Positions 48,239-57,640 of a stretch of 64,000 nt of DNA are shown here, piece after piece (position 1 is the stretch's first letter; every line of letters starts with the position of its first letter). The stretch spans positions 116,334 to 180,333 of the forward strand of contig CAKMVZ010000003.1 of assembly GCA_928721915.1 (NCBI GenBank). The letters run 5' to 3'. The position numbers were made by a program, and so were the translations under genes. Source of the stretch: an uncultured Clostridia bacterium (GTDB lineage: Bacteria > Bacillota > Clostridia > TANB77 > CAG-508). Under the pieces are notes generated by a model. The model did not search any database and was not told where the DNA came from. It was given only the letters and a program-made list of their open reading frames with translations.

Positions 48239-48961
48239 TTATTTCTCTGTTATTTCTAAAAATAACTCTTCTAATGATGCATTTTCTTTGAATTTTTGCT
48301 TCATCTCTTCAAATGTTCCTACAAATACTAATTTTCCTTTGTTTATAATTCCAACTCTATCACATAATTTTTCTGCAACTTCTAATATATGTGTTGAGAA
48401 AAATACTGTTTTTCCAGATTTTGCATGTTCCCTCATCATTTCCTTTAAGTCATAAGAAGATTTTGGATCTAAACCTGTCATAGGCTCATCTAATATCCAA
48501 TTTTTAGGTTCCGAAAGTAATGCACCACATATAACTATTTTTTGTCTCATACCATGTGAATAACTTTGTATTTGATTATTTAATTCATTATATATTTCAA
48601 ACTTTTTTGTTAACTCTTCAATTTTTTCTTTTCTTTTATTTTGTGGTACATCATATACATCTGCCATAAACATTAAATACTCTATTCCTTTTAATTTTAA
48701 AAACATATCTGGACTATCTGGTACAAATCCAAAGTTTTTCTTTGCTTCTAATGGTTCTTTTTTTATACTTTTACCATCTATTAAAATATCTCCCTCATCA
48801 ATATTTAGAATTCCTGTTATCATTCTTATGGTTGTTGTCTTTCCTGCTCCATTTGGCCCCAAAAATCCAAATATCTCTCCATTTTTAATTTCAAGTTTCA
48901 AGTCATCTATTGATTTTTTTCCTTTTACATAAGACTTCGAAACATTTTTTATTTCAATCAT
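48239..48961 (-). CDS. ABC transporter ATP-binding protein
   Basis: Walker A GPNGAGKTT, signature YSHGMRQK and Walker B ILDEPMTGLD. Confidence 0.85.
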   Translation of the reverse strand: MIEIKNVSKSYVKGKKSIDDLKLEIKNGEIFGFLGPNGAGKTTTIRMITGILNIDEGDILIDGKSIKKEPLEAKKNFGFVPDSPDMFLKLKGIEYLMFMADVYDVPQNKRKEKIEELTKKFEIYNELNNQIQSYSHGMRQKIVICGALLSEPKNWILDEPMTGLDPKSSYDLKEMMREHAKSGKTVFFSTHILEVAEKLCDRVGIINKGKLVFVGTFEEMKQKFKENASLEELFLEITEK

Positions 48962-49034
48962 TTTTTACCTCCTAAATTTATACCTCCTTATTTATTAAAA
49001 TTATTTTACTATTTAAATTTTCTATCGTCAATAT

Positions 49035-49682
49035 TTATCTAATAGCTTCATTAATATTCCTATTAAACTGCACATCTGTAGCAATAAAGTAAATACCATA
49101 AACTAAAATTAACATTCCAAGTGAAATTTCCATAGTGTATTCTTCTTCCTCACCATTAATCTCATCTGTTATTGCTTTTTCTTCTTTTATAATAAAATTA
49201 CATAAATCATCATAAAATTTTTGATCTGTCATTTCTTTAGTTGTAACAACTAAATTATAAGGAAAATCAAAATAAATTGAATTACTTTCTGTATTTCTTA
49301 AATTTCTATCTTCTTTTTCAATGTCGTGTATTAAACTATCCGGAACAATAATAAGATAATAATAACCATTAAATCCAATTTGTGCTAAATTTTCTCCCCT
49401 TATTTCTTTAATAGTTAAATCTTTTCCTACAATATTAATGTTTCTATTATCCTTTATGTAGTTATCAAATGTTACTTTTACTGTTTTTAAACAATTAATT
49501 ATAATTTCACTATCTTGCAAATTTACTTTTTCATATCCTAAAATCTCTCTTAATTTGTTATAATCTGTAAGGCTAATTACAGTATCTGGTTCTTCTGAAG
49601 CAATAGCACCTTCAAATTTTGTTCCTTCAAATGCTTTTGAGATTCCAGTTTTATTTATATAGTGTTTATATATAGCTATCAA
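49035..49682 (-). pseudogene. remnant of a BceB-type permease (extracellular loop + last TM only)
   Basis: 215 aa. VISLTDYNKLREILGYEKVNL parallels VIKLSDYNKLQELRNLDTITL of the 38813-40792 permease, and the C-terminal GIYFIATDVQFNRNINEAIR parallels its YIATYFEFKRNLKES. The N-terminal TM bundle and a partner ATPase are missing. Confidence 0.55.
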
Positions 49683-49720
49683 TACCTTTTATAAAGTTTT
49701 TTAAAATAAGTATAAATTTA

Positions 49721-49766
49721 CTAAAAGAGTTAGCTAGCTATTGCGGTAGCAATAACCAGCTAACTC
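49721..49766. terminator. long hairpin (bidirectional terminator candidate)
   Basis: AAGAGTTAGCT-ag-CTATTGC-ggta-GCAATA-acc-AGCTAACTCTT. Confidence 0.5.
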
Positions 49767-50064
49767 TTAATTATTCACTATTACTATCATACTTTTGATC
49801 GCTATAATACGAACTGAATATCATCAAATATGACTCGCCAAAGAAATCAACAAATCCAACCATTTCGGCAGTCAAGATTCCATTAACAGTGATTGAATGT
49901 GAATCTTGTGATATAAAATGATAATCATCACCTGCGTAGGCAACTTCATTATCATTCTCATCATACAGTGTAAGTGGATCTGTTACAAATTTAAACAGGT
50001 TACCCTTTACAAAAGCAAAATCCTCATTATCTTTTTTTATATCAATTTTTGTTGAAAGACTTAA

Positions 50065-51910
50065 TTAATTATTCTTAACATTTAGAATTCTTAATGCATT
50101 TAAAATTGCTATTATTGAAACCCCTACATCAGCAAATACTGCTTCCCACATTGTTGAAATTCCAATTGCACTTAATATTAAAACAAGTATTTTTATAGAT
50201 ATTGCAAATATAATATTTTCTTTAACAATTCTCATAGTCTTTTTTGATATATTAATTGCATTTACTATTTTTGAAGGCTCGTCAGTCATTATAACAATAT
50301 CTGCAGCTTCAATTGCACTATCTGCCCCTAAAGCTCCCATAGCTATTCCTATATCAGAAATAGCTAAAACTGGAGCATCGTTTATTCCATCACCTACAAA
50401 AGCTAATTTTCCATTTTCGCTTTTTGATTTTAATAATTCTTCAACTTTTTTTACCTTTTCATCTGGTAATAAATCAGTATAAACTTTATTTATACCTAAA
50501 TCTTTTGCGACGCTTTCTCCTACACTTTTTTTGTCACCAGTTAGCATTACCAAATTTTTGATATTATTTTTCTTTAAATTTAAAATTGCATTTTTAGAAT
50601 CATCTTTTATCTTATCAGAAATAACTATATATCCTGCAAATTCTTGATTTATTGCTATATACAAAATTGTTCCTATATCATCACTTTTTGTATATTTTAC
50701 TTTATATTTATTCATTAATTTTTCATTTCCAACTAAAACATCTTTATCTCCAATTTTTGAAATTAATCCTAAGCCAGCTATTTCTTTTGAATTTATAATT
50801 TCATCTTCATCAATTTTTTTATTATATGCTTTTTTTAATGAAAGTGAAATAGGATGATTTGAATAATTTTCAGCAGTGGCAGCGATTTTAAGCAGCTCTT
50901 CTGAACTTATTGTAACAGGTTCTATTTTTTGAACTTCAAAAACACCTTCAGTTAATGTTCCAGTTTTATCAAATACTACTATTTCAGTTTTTGATAATTG
51001 CTCTAAATAGTTACTTCCTTTTATTAAAATTCCAATTTTAGATGCACCACCTATTCCACCAAAAAAGCTAAGTGGAATAGAAATTACTAATGCACAAGGA
51101 CAAGATACAACTAAAAATGATAAAGCTCTATATATCCAGTCAGAAAAACTTGCATTTTCTATAAATAATGGTGGCAAAATTGCAAGAAGTAACGCTATAA
51201 TAACAACTATCGGCGTATAATAAGAAGCAAATTTTGAAATAAAATTTTCAGATTTTGATTTTTTACTGCTTGCATTTTCAACTAAATCTAATATTTTACT
51301 AACAGTTGATTCTCCAAATTCTTTACTAACCTTTACTTTTATAACGCCACTTAAATTTATAGAACCACTTAATACTTCCTCACCTTCTATAACATCACAT
51401 GGCAAAGATTCACCTGTTAAAGCCTTTGTATCAATGCTTGTTTTACCTTCTGTGATTATACCATCTAATGGTATTTTTTCACCTGGCTTTATAACTATTA
51501 TATCTCCGTATATTTACGTCATCTGGATCTACTTTTTCTACTTTACCATTTTTTTCTAAATTTGCAAAATCAGGTCTTATATCCATTAAATCTGAAATTG
51601 ATTTTCTTGATTTGTCAACTGCATAACTTTGAAATAATTCTCCAACCTGATAAAAAAGCATAACAGCAACTGCTTCTGGAAATTCTCCTATACCAAAGGC
51701 CCCAATTGTTGCAACTGTCATCAAGAAATTTTCATCGAAAACTTTTCCTCTTATAATATTTCTAAAAGCTTTTCTTATAATTTCAAAACCAACAATAATA
51801 TATGCTATAATATATAAAACATTATTTATTAACTTATTATTAAAATTAATACATAAGGCTAATAAAAATATTATAAAAGATAATAAAATCTTAATTCCTT
51901 TATTCTTCAT
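50065..51910 (-). pseudogene. cadA: P1B-type Cd/Zn/heavy-metal ATPase interrupted by one extra C (in-frame CGG at 51506-51508), or +1 recoded
   Basis: ORFs 51479-51937 and 50065-51405 join as ...[23 protein letters not shown]... if the C at minus-strand 51508 is skipped. CPC motif SCPCALV and the phosphorylation site DKTGTLT are present. Start at the Met at 51910, after GGAGG. Confidence 0.8.
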
Positions 51911-51926
51911 TTTTGTAGCCTCCAAT

Positions 51927-52148
51927 TTATATTTCATTTATAATAACATCTGGTTCTTCTTTTTTAATAATTTTTCTAAGATTATTAATTAATTCTTCTT
52001 TTGAAACATTATCAAATTCAATTGTCATTATTTCGCTCATAAAGCTAATAGAAGCTGATATAATTCCATCTATCTTTTGAATTTCTCTTTCTAATTGATT
52101 GGCACAATTTGCACAATCTAAACCCTTTATTTTAAATTTAATTTTCAT
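51927..52148 (-). CDS. stand-alone HMA (heavy-metal-associated) domain protein
   Basis: GLDCANCANQLE (CxxC) ferredoxin-like metal-binding domain. It has its own stop and is followed by an RBS for the ATPase. Start at the Met at 52148, after GGAGG. Confidence 0.7.
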   Translation of the reverse strand: MKIKFKIKGLDCANCANQLEREIQKIDGIISASISFMSEIMTIEFDNVSKEELINNLRKIIKKEEPDVIINEI

Positions 52149-52169
52149 TAGTTTTTCCTCCATTATATT

Positions 52170-52533
52170 TTATTTTCTATGTTCAATATGTTCTACACCA
52201 ATTTCAAAGACTTTTTGAATATGTTCATCATCTAACATATAGAAAACTTCTTTTCCGAACCTTTCTACATTTTACAATTCCACTTCTTCTTAAAGTTCCT
52301 AACTGGTGGGAAATTGATGATTTGCTCATTCCAAGTACATTTGCAATATCACATACACACATTTCATTTTGATCTAATGCAAATAAAATTCTTACTCTTG
52401 TTGTATCTCCTAATATCTTAAAAAATTCAGCTAATTTATTAAATAAATCTGAATCAGGCATATTTTTTAGTGTTTTATCAACAATATCTTGATGAATTAC
52501 ATTACAATCACATATAAACTCATTTTTTGACAT
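52170..52533 (-). pseudogene. cadC: ArsR/SmtB-family metalloregulator (CadC-like) interrupted at in-frame CGG 52255-52257, or +1 recoded
   Basis: N-terminal CDC, CVCD metal site and HTH SKSSISHQL. The 0 frame ends ...CRKVRKRSFLYVR*, while skipping the C gives ...CRKV-G-KEVFYMLDDEHIQKVFEIGVEHIEHRK*, matching the family RK.GK.V.Y wing. Confidence 0.75.
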
Positions 52534-52558
52534 ATTATTTCCTCCTTTGATTTCTTAA

Positions 52559-52606
52559 TTGAATGTTTACTCAACTTTATTATATTATATATGAATATAT
52601 GCTCAA
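52559..52606. promoter_or_regulatory. two candidate CadC/ArsR operator boxes
   Basis: TTGAATGTTTACTCAA (52559-52574) and TGAATATATGCTCAA (52592-52606), i.e. TGAAT-N5-CTCAA twice, upstream of cadC. Confidence 0.4.
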
Positions 52607-52675
52607 TTGTCAATATGTTTTATATTTTTTACTAAAATTTTTAAATTACATTTTGAAGAAAGTTTTTAAAAATTT

Positions 52676-52720
52676 ATAAAAAAAGAACAAGCGAAGGGAT
52701 TCAAACCTCCGCTCGTTCTT
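52676..52720 (-). terminator. Rho-independent terminator after the FAD oxidoreductase gene
   Basis: Minus strand AAGAACGAGCG-loop-CGCTTGTTCTT followed by a T run. Confidence 0.65.
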
Positions 52721-52734
52721 TTTATGCTTTTAGT

Positions 52735-54168
52735 TTAGCATATTTTTTGTGCCAAGTACACTCCTGAGGCTGATGCCATCATCAGTCCTCTGGTAAGTCC
52801 ACAGCCGTCACCAATTGCGTATAAGCCTGAAATGCTTGTTTCTAAGCTATTACTTAAATCAAGCTTATTGCTATAAAATTTAAGTTCAGGTGCATATACC
52901 AAGTTATCGTCGTCTGCAAAACCAGGAACCACTTTATCAAGCATTTGGATAAATTCCAAAATATCAGTAAGTTCTCTATATGGCATTGCAAGACAGATAT
53001 CACCAGGAACTGCAGATTCAAGAGTGGGAACAACTTTATTTTTTCCCTTCTCTAAATCTTGTGGCAAAGTTGGAACACCAGCTTTAATGTCTCCAAGCCT
53101 TTGAACCATGACTTCACCTTTTGCAAGACGATTTACATTCCGTCCGATGTTTCTTGCGTATTCCAAAGGCGCAATAACATCTTTTTCTAATGCAACAGAA
53201 ACCAGCAATGCTAAGTTGGTGTTTTCACTTGTTTCCTTATCTGTTGAATGTCCATTTGCAACCTTAAGGCCATTACTATAGACCTCAGAGATTACAAAGC
53301 CAGAAGGATTCTGACAGAAAGTTCTAACCTTATCATTAAATGGATTAGGCTTTCCAACAAATTTTCCTTCATACATGAAAGTATTGATATCATGCATAAC
53401 AGAATCCGGAAGTTCATAGCGAATTCCAACATCGATAACTGCCGGCGAAGAATCAATTTTATGCTTATCGCACATCTTCTCCAGCCACTCAGAACCGTCT
53501 CTTCCAACAGCAATAATAACCTTATCTGAAAAAACTTTATGCACTTCATCTTTATTGTTATATTTATAAATAACACCTTTTATAGCATTATTTTCAACAA
53601 TAAGATCTGTTACTTCTGTTTCAAACAAAGTTACAATGCCCTTTTCTTCAAGATATTTCTCAAATCCTTTATACAGAATTTGTGCATCGTCAGTTCCCAA
53701 GTGTCTAATCGGAATACTTACTGAATCAACACCAACTGATTCTGCTTTTTTTCTGATTCTTGTGACTTCTGACTGATTGCCTGTTCCCTTAAGTTCGGTT
53801 GTTGCTCCAAACTTAAGATATATGCTGTCTGTATAGTCAACCAATTTCTTGGTTCTATCAACACCAGCATATTTATGAAGATTTCCACCAACATAGAAAT
53901 CATCATCTTTCGGATTGTAAAGTGATAACTTTCCGTCCGAAAAAGCACCTGCTCCTGATGAACCATTTGTTATATGACAAAATGGCTTACAATTTGCGCA
54001 GACACCGGTTTTCTTTTTGGGGCAAGCTCTCTTTTTAAGAGACATTCCTCTTTCAATGATTAACACCCGTTTTTCCGGATGTTTTTCAATCATCTCATAG
54101 GCAAAAAACATGCCTGATGGACCTCCTCCTACAACTACATAATCAAAAATACTATTGTCTTTAATCAT
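52735..54168 (-). CDS. FAD-dependent oxidoreductase (COG2509-like NAD(FAD)-utilising dehydrogenase)
   Basis: N-terminal dinucleotide fold DYVVVGGGPSGMF and C-terminal GLYAIGDGCGLTRG. Start at the Met at 54168, after GGAGG. Visibly GC-richer than its neighbours. Confidence 0.75.
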   Translation of the reverse strand: MIKDNSIFDYVVVGGGPSGMFFAYEMIEKHPEKRVLIIERGMSLKKRACPKKKTGVCANCKPFCHITNGSSGAGAFSDGKLSLYNPKDDDFYVGGNLHKYAGVDRTKKLVDYTDSIYLKFGATTELKGTGNQSEVTRIRKKAESVGVDSVSIPIRHLGTDDAQILYKGFEKYLEEKGIVTLFETEVTDLIVENNAIKGVIYKYNNKDEVHKVFSDKVIIAVGRDGSEWLEKMCDKHKIDSSPAVIDVGIRYELPDSVMHDINTFMYEGKFVGKPNPFNDKVRTFCQNPSGFVISEVYSNGLKVANGHSTDKETSENTNLALLVSVALEKDVIAPLEYARNIGRNVNRLAKGEVMVQRLGDIKAGVPTLPQDLEKGKNKVVPTLESAVPGDICLAMPYRELTDILEFIQMLDKVVPGFADDDNLVYAPELKFYSNKLDLSNSLETSISGLYAIGDGCGLTRGLMMASASGVYLAQKIC

Positions 54169-54305
54169 ACTGCTATTCCTCCATTTCTGCTTTTTGGTTG
54201 CTTGGTGTACTTTAATTAGTGTATAATTAGACACCAAATGCATAAATTTAAAGACACCTTTATATTTTACAATCTATAGAAGAAAAAGTCAACATAATTC
54301 GTATA

Positions 54306-54671
54306 TTATTGTTTTATAATTTCTGACCCAAATGGCATTAAAGCTAATTTTGCAATTTTAAAAAATTGTAATCCAAATGGAATACCAATTATTGTTATAC
54401 ACCATATACATCCAATTAGAAGATTCCCTAGTGCCATTGGAATTCCAAAAAATATTAACCATATTATATTTACAAATAATGAAATTATGCCTCCACCATA
54501 TTGAATCTCTTTTCCAAACGGAGCGAACGACATTGAAGCAAATTTAAAACATTGCAAACCATATGGGATTCCAATAATTGTAATGCACCAAATAATTCCA
54601 GATAATATCCAGCCAAGGCCACTAAAAAATCCTCCAAAAATAAACCATATAATATTTCCTAATAAGCTCAT
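54306..54671 (-). CDS. YccF-domain inner-membrane protein
   Basis: Duplicated motif W.ITIIGIP.GLQ.FK.A..(S/L)(F/L).PFG.EI. Confidence 0.7.
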   Translation of the reverse strand: MSLLGNIIWFIFGGFFSGLGWILSGIIWCITIIGIPYGLQCFKFASMSFAPFGKEIQYGGGIISLFVNIIWLIFFGIPMALGNLLIGCIWCITIIGIPFGLQFFKIAKLALMPFGSEIIKQ

Positions 54672-54769
54672 TTTTAAAAATCCCCTCTTCTTTTATTAAT
54701 ATTTAAATTTTATCATATAAAAATAAAATATTCTATATTATTTACATAAATATAGAATATCTTAATAAA

Positions 54770-55933
54770 TTATTTATAAAATTTTAATATTTTTAATAAC
54801 CGTTTTTCATTAATCGCATTTAATAAAGAGCCATTTATAAATTCAGCATTCATTCCTATAAATAAATCCTTATTTCCATCTAAGGTATTATATTTTAAAA
54901 TAGTATAATCTTTATATCTATATTCTATGCTGCCACCATCCATATAATAAGCTGTATCACATATTCCATATTTTTCGTCTAATTTTGCTTGTGTCATAAT
55001 ATCTTCTACTTTTAAAATCTTATTTTTTAAAGCCTCTTCTAATGAATAAATCATATCATCTTCTACAGTAATTGTAACATCTCCACCAATTGTATAAAAA
55101 CCATAATCTGTATTATCATATTGGTTTTTATATGCAATTTGTTCAATTCCTAAATCTCTTCTTTGGTTATATGTTAAATCTCCATAGATTTTTCTATATA
55201 ATGAACTATCCAAATCATACTTACAAATTATTGGAATCTCAGTTAAATCCAATAATTCTGCATTAAAGTATACAGTTACTATATTTTCTGTTACCTGTCT
55301 TTTAATTTTAAAATGATAATCGTCATATTTTTCTTTGGCTCCATTTTTAGTTAATATATAATAACCATAATACTTTTGATAGTCTTCAAAAGTCCAATTT
55401 TTATCTGGAGCAGTCATTATAATTTCTTCATTTTCATAAGAAGCCTTTAAATTAACATTTTCATAATTTTTACCAGGAACATATTCAAGCCTAATAGAAC
55501 TTAATTTTTCATCAGTAATAATATTTAATTCTAAAATCGCTGGTTGCTTATTATTAGCATTTTCAATAAAATTATCCAATAATTCTTCATTTTTTATTTT
55601 ATTATTTTCAATAATAATACTATCTTCTTTTATATTATCACTAATATCCTTTTCTTCAAAATCCGCATAATCAATTATTGTACCTGCAATATGCCTTCCA
55701 AATAAAAACATATCAATAGTTTCTATTTTTTCTGTATCATTATAATATTTTACTTTTATATTATATCCAATACCATCAAAATTTTCCTTATCAATTTTTT
55801 TAGCAAAAAAAGGTACTTTACCATTTGATACATTATTATAATCAATAAAAACTATAATTCCATATGTTATTAAACATAAAATAATTATAACGCCTAAAAT
55901 AATAAAAATTTTCTTTTTCATATTTTTTACCAT
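54770..55933 (-). CDS. membrane-anchored hypothetical protein
   Basis: 387 aa with an N-terminal TM anchor and a soluble domain with no recognised motif. An in-frame CGG at 54800-54802 lies 10 codons before the stop. Confidence 0.55.
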   Translation of the reverse strand: MVKNMKKKIFIILGVIIILCLITYGIIVFIDYNNVSNGKVPFFAKKIDKENFDGIGYNIKVKYYNDTEKIETIDMFLFGRHIAGTIIDYADFEEKDISDNIKEDSIIIENNKIKNEELLDNFIENANNKQPAILELNIITDEKLSSIRLEYVPGKNYENVNLKASYENEEIIMTAPDKNWTFEDYQKYYGYYILTKNGAKEKYDDYHFKIKRQVTENIVTVYFNAELLDLTEIPIICKYDLDSSLYRKIYGDLTYNQRRDLGIEQIAYKNQYDNTDYGFYTIGGDVTITVEDDMIYSLEEALKNKILKVEDIMTQAKLDEKYGICDTAYYMDGGSIEYRYKDYTILKYNTLDGNKDLFIGMNAEFINGSLLNAINEKRLLKILKFYK

Positions 55934-55988
55934 TTACCTTTCTATTATTTTGACGTAAAAACTATAAGTAAAAGTTGAAATATTTAAA

Positions 55989-56645
55989 TTATTTTTGCAA
56001 AACATATACAAGCCATTTATTATTATCTTCTCCACCTTCTGTATGATAATCGTAAATTTTAAAATTAGTTTTTGAAATAATATTGTCTAACTCGTCTTTG
56101 TCAAAATATTTATAATATCTTTCTGCTCCCATATGATATTCATTAGAAAAATCAACCCATTCACTATCAACACTTTTCGTTTTACGATTTATAACATTAA
56201 ACATAAATATTCCATTATCCTCAAGAGCATCATATACTTTTCTCATAGTTTCTAAAACATCTTCCCCTGTAAAATGAACGAATACTCTCCAGCAAAAAAA
56301 TGCAGAATATTTTTCATTAAATTTATCTTTTAAAATATTAAATTTAATCGTATTTATACCTTTTGATTTTGTTTCTGAAATAAAATCTGGAGCTACATCA
56401 CTTGCAGTTATATCATATCCTAAATCTTTAATGAATTTTGCATTTGCACCATCTGCACAACCAAATTCAAATACTTTAGAATTTTTTGGAAATTTTTCTA
56501 AGTTTGTTTTAATAAAATTTTCTAATCTTTCACGTTTATTTTTAGCTCTTTCAGGATCCAAATTATCATGATTAATACTAGAATTTAAATAAATACTTGC
56601 ATTTTCTTCATAAATTTTAACAGTTTTTTCATTTTCAATACTCAT
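55989..56645 (-). CDS. class I SAM-dependent methyltransferase
   Basis: Motif I VFEFGCADGANA. 218 aa. Confidence 0.7.
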   Translation of the reverse strand: MSIENEKTVKIYEENASIYLNSSINHDNLDPERAKNKRERLENFIKTNLEKFPKNSKVFEFGCADGANAKFIKDLGYDITASDVAPDFISETKSKGINTIKFNILKDKFNEKYSAFFCWRVFVHFTGEDVLETMRKVYDALEDNGIFMFNVINRKTKSVDSEWVDFSNEYHMGAERYYKYFDKDELDNIISKTNFKIYDYHTEGGEDNNKWLVYVLQK

Positions 56646-56828
56646 TTTAATACCTCAATTTTCATCTTTCTAACAATCTAATAATCAATTTACATGTATT
56701 ATATCAATTAAATTCATATATATCAATTAAAATATTATAAAGATAATTTAATATTTTCACTTTTGCAATAGCTAGTTCTATTATTCTTTTCTATTTTCAA
56801 CTGGAAAATATCTATATTTATTCTCTAC

Positions 56829-57551
56829 TTATTTTATATTAAAATCAATATTTGCAAGTCTTGCTTGTTTTAATTGATTTGCTCTATCTATTTTATATAA
56901 TCTTCCATTTTTAACAAAATTAGCACCAGTTTGTTTAAAATAAAATGGTATATTATATTTTATTGCATTTTCTCTTATTTTTAAAACCCAATCAAAATTA
57001 CAAATTCTAGCGTTTGGTCCAGATTCTCCACCACATGTTATATATTCAATTTGACCACTTTTTAAATAATTATCTATATCAATTTCTTCTAAAAGAGGTT
57101 CATGTATAATTTCTTTATGTTTAATTGGTAATTTTAAAAAAATAGGTAGTCTTTCATCTGCTACTTTTTGATTTTCAATCGTAGTACAAATTGTAACATT
57201 TTTATATCCGTCTTTCCAGTCATCTGGAATTGAAACATTAAATCTTTCAATTCTTTTTGTTATAATACAAAAATTTAAATCTTCTCTTATTTTAATCATT
57301 TTCCAAATTTCTTTTCTCCACTCATCAGCTTCTTCTATAAAAAAATCTGATGTCATGCATAAATAAACTTTTTCATCAGAATTTAATTTATAGCTTCCAT
57401 CTCTTTTTCTTTTTATACCTAAATCATAATCTTTGGTTTTAGTTACAATATTACTATCTTTTCCAAACTCAGCATCTCTTCTGTACATATAGCAATTAAG
57501 GCAACCTGCACTTTTTTTATGGCAACCATGCCAAGGGTTCCAAATACTCAT
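56829..57551 (-). CDS. DUF5131 (phage Gp37/Gp68-like) protein
   Basis: The N-terminal SIWNPWHGCHKKSAGCLNCY is characteristic of this family. Confidence 0.65.
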   Translation of the reverse strand: MSIWNPWHGCHKKSAGCLNCYMYRRDAEFGKDSNIVTKTKDYDLGIKRKRDGSYKLNSDEKVYLCMTSDFFIEEADEWRKEIWKMIKIREDLNFCIITKRIERFNVSIPDDWKDGYKNVTICTTIENQKVADERLPIFLKLPIKHKEIIHEPLLEEIDIDNYLKSGQIEYITCGGESGPNARICNFDWVLKIRENAIKYNIPFYFKQTGANFVKNGRLYKIDRANQLKQARLANIDFNIK

Positions 57552-57640
57552 ATAAATTCATCTTTTCTTTCAAATTCATTTTAAAACTATTGTTCGCATT
57601 ATATAACACACTTTTTATTTTGTCAATTATTTTTTTGAAT

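Noticed and set aside
52694-52712. tRNA T-loop-like string (minus strand GGAGGTTTGAATCCC), which could have marked a tRNA fragment or integration site.
   Set aside because: The flanking bases do not form a T-stem (an A-C mismatch and only G-U pairs), and there is no acceptor or anticodon arm. The segment is the loop of an ordinary terminator hairpin.
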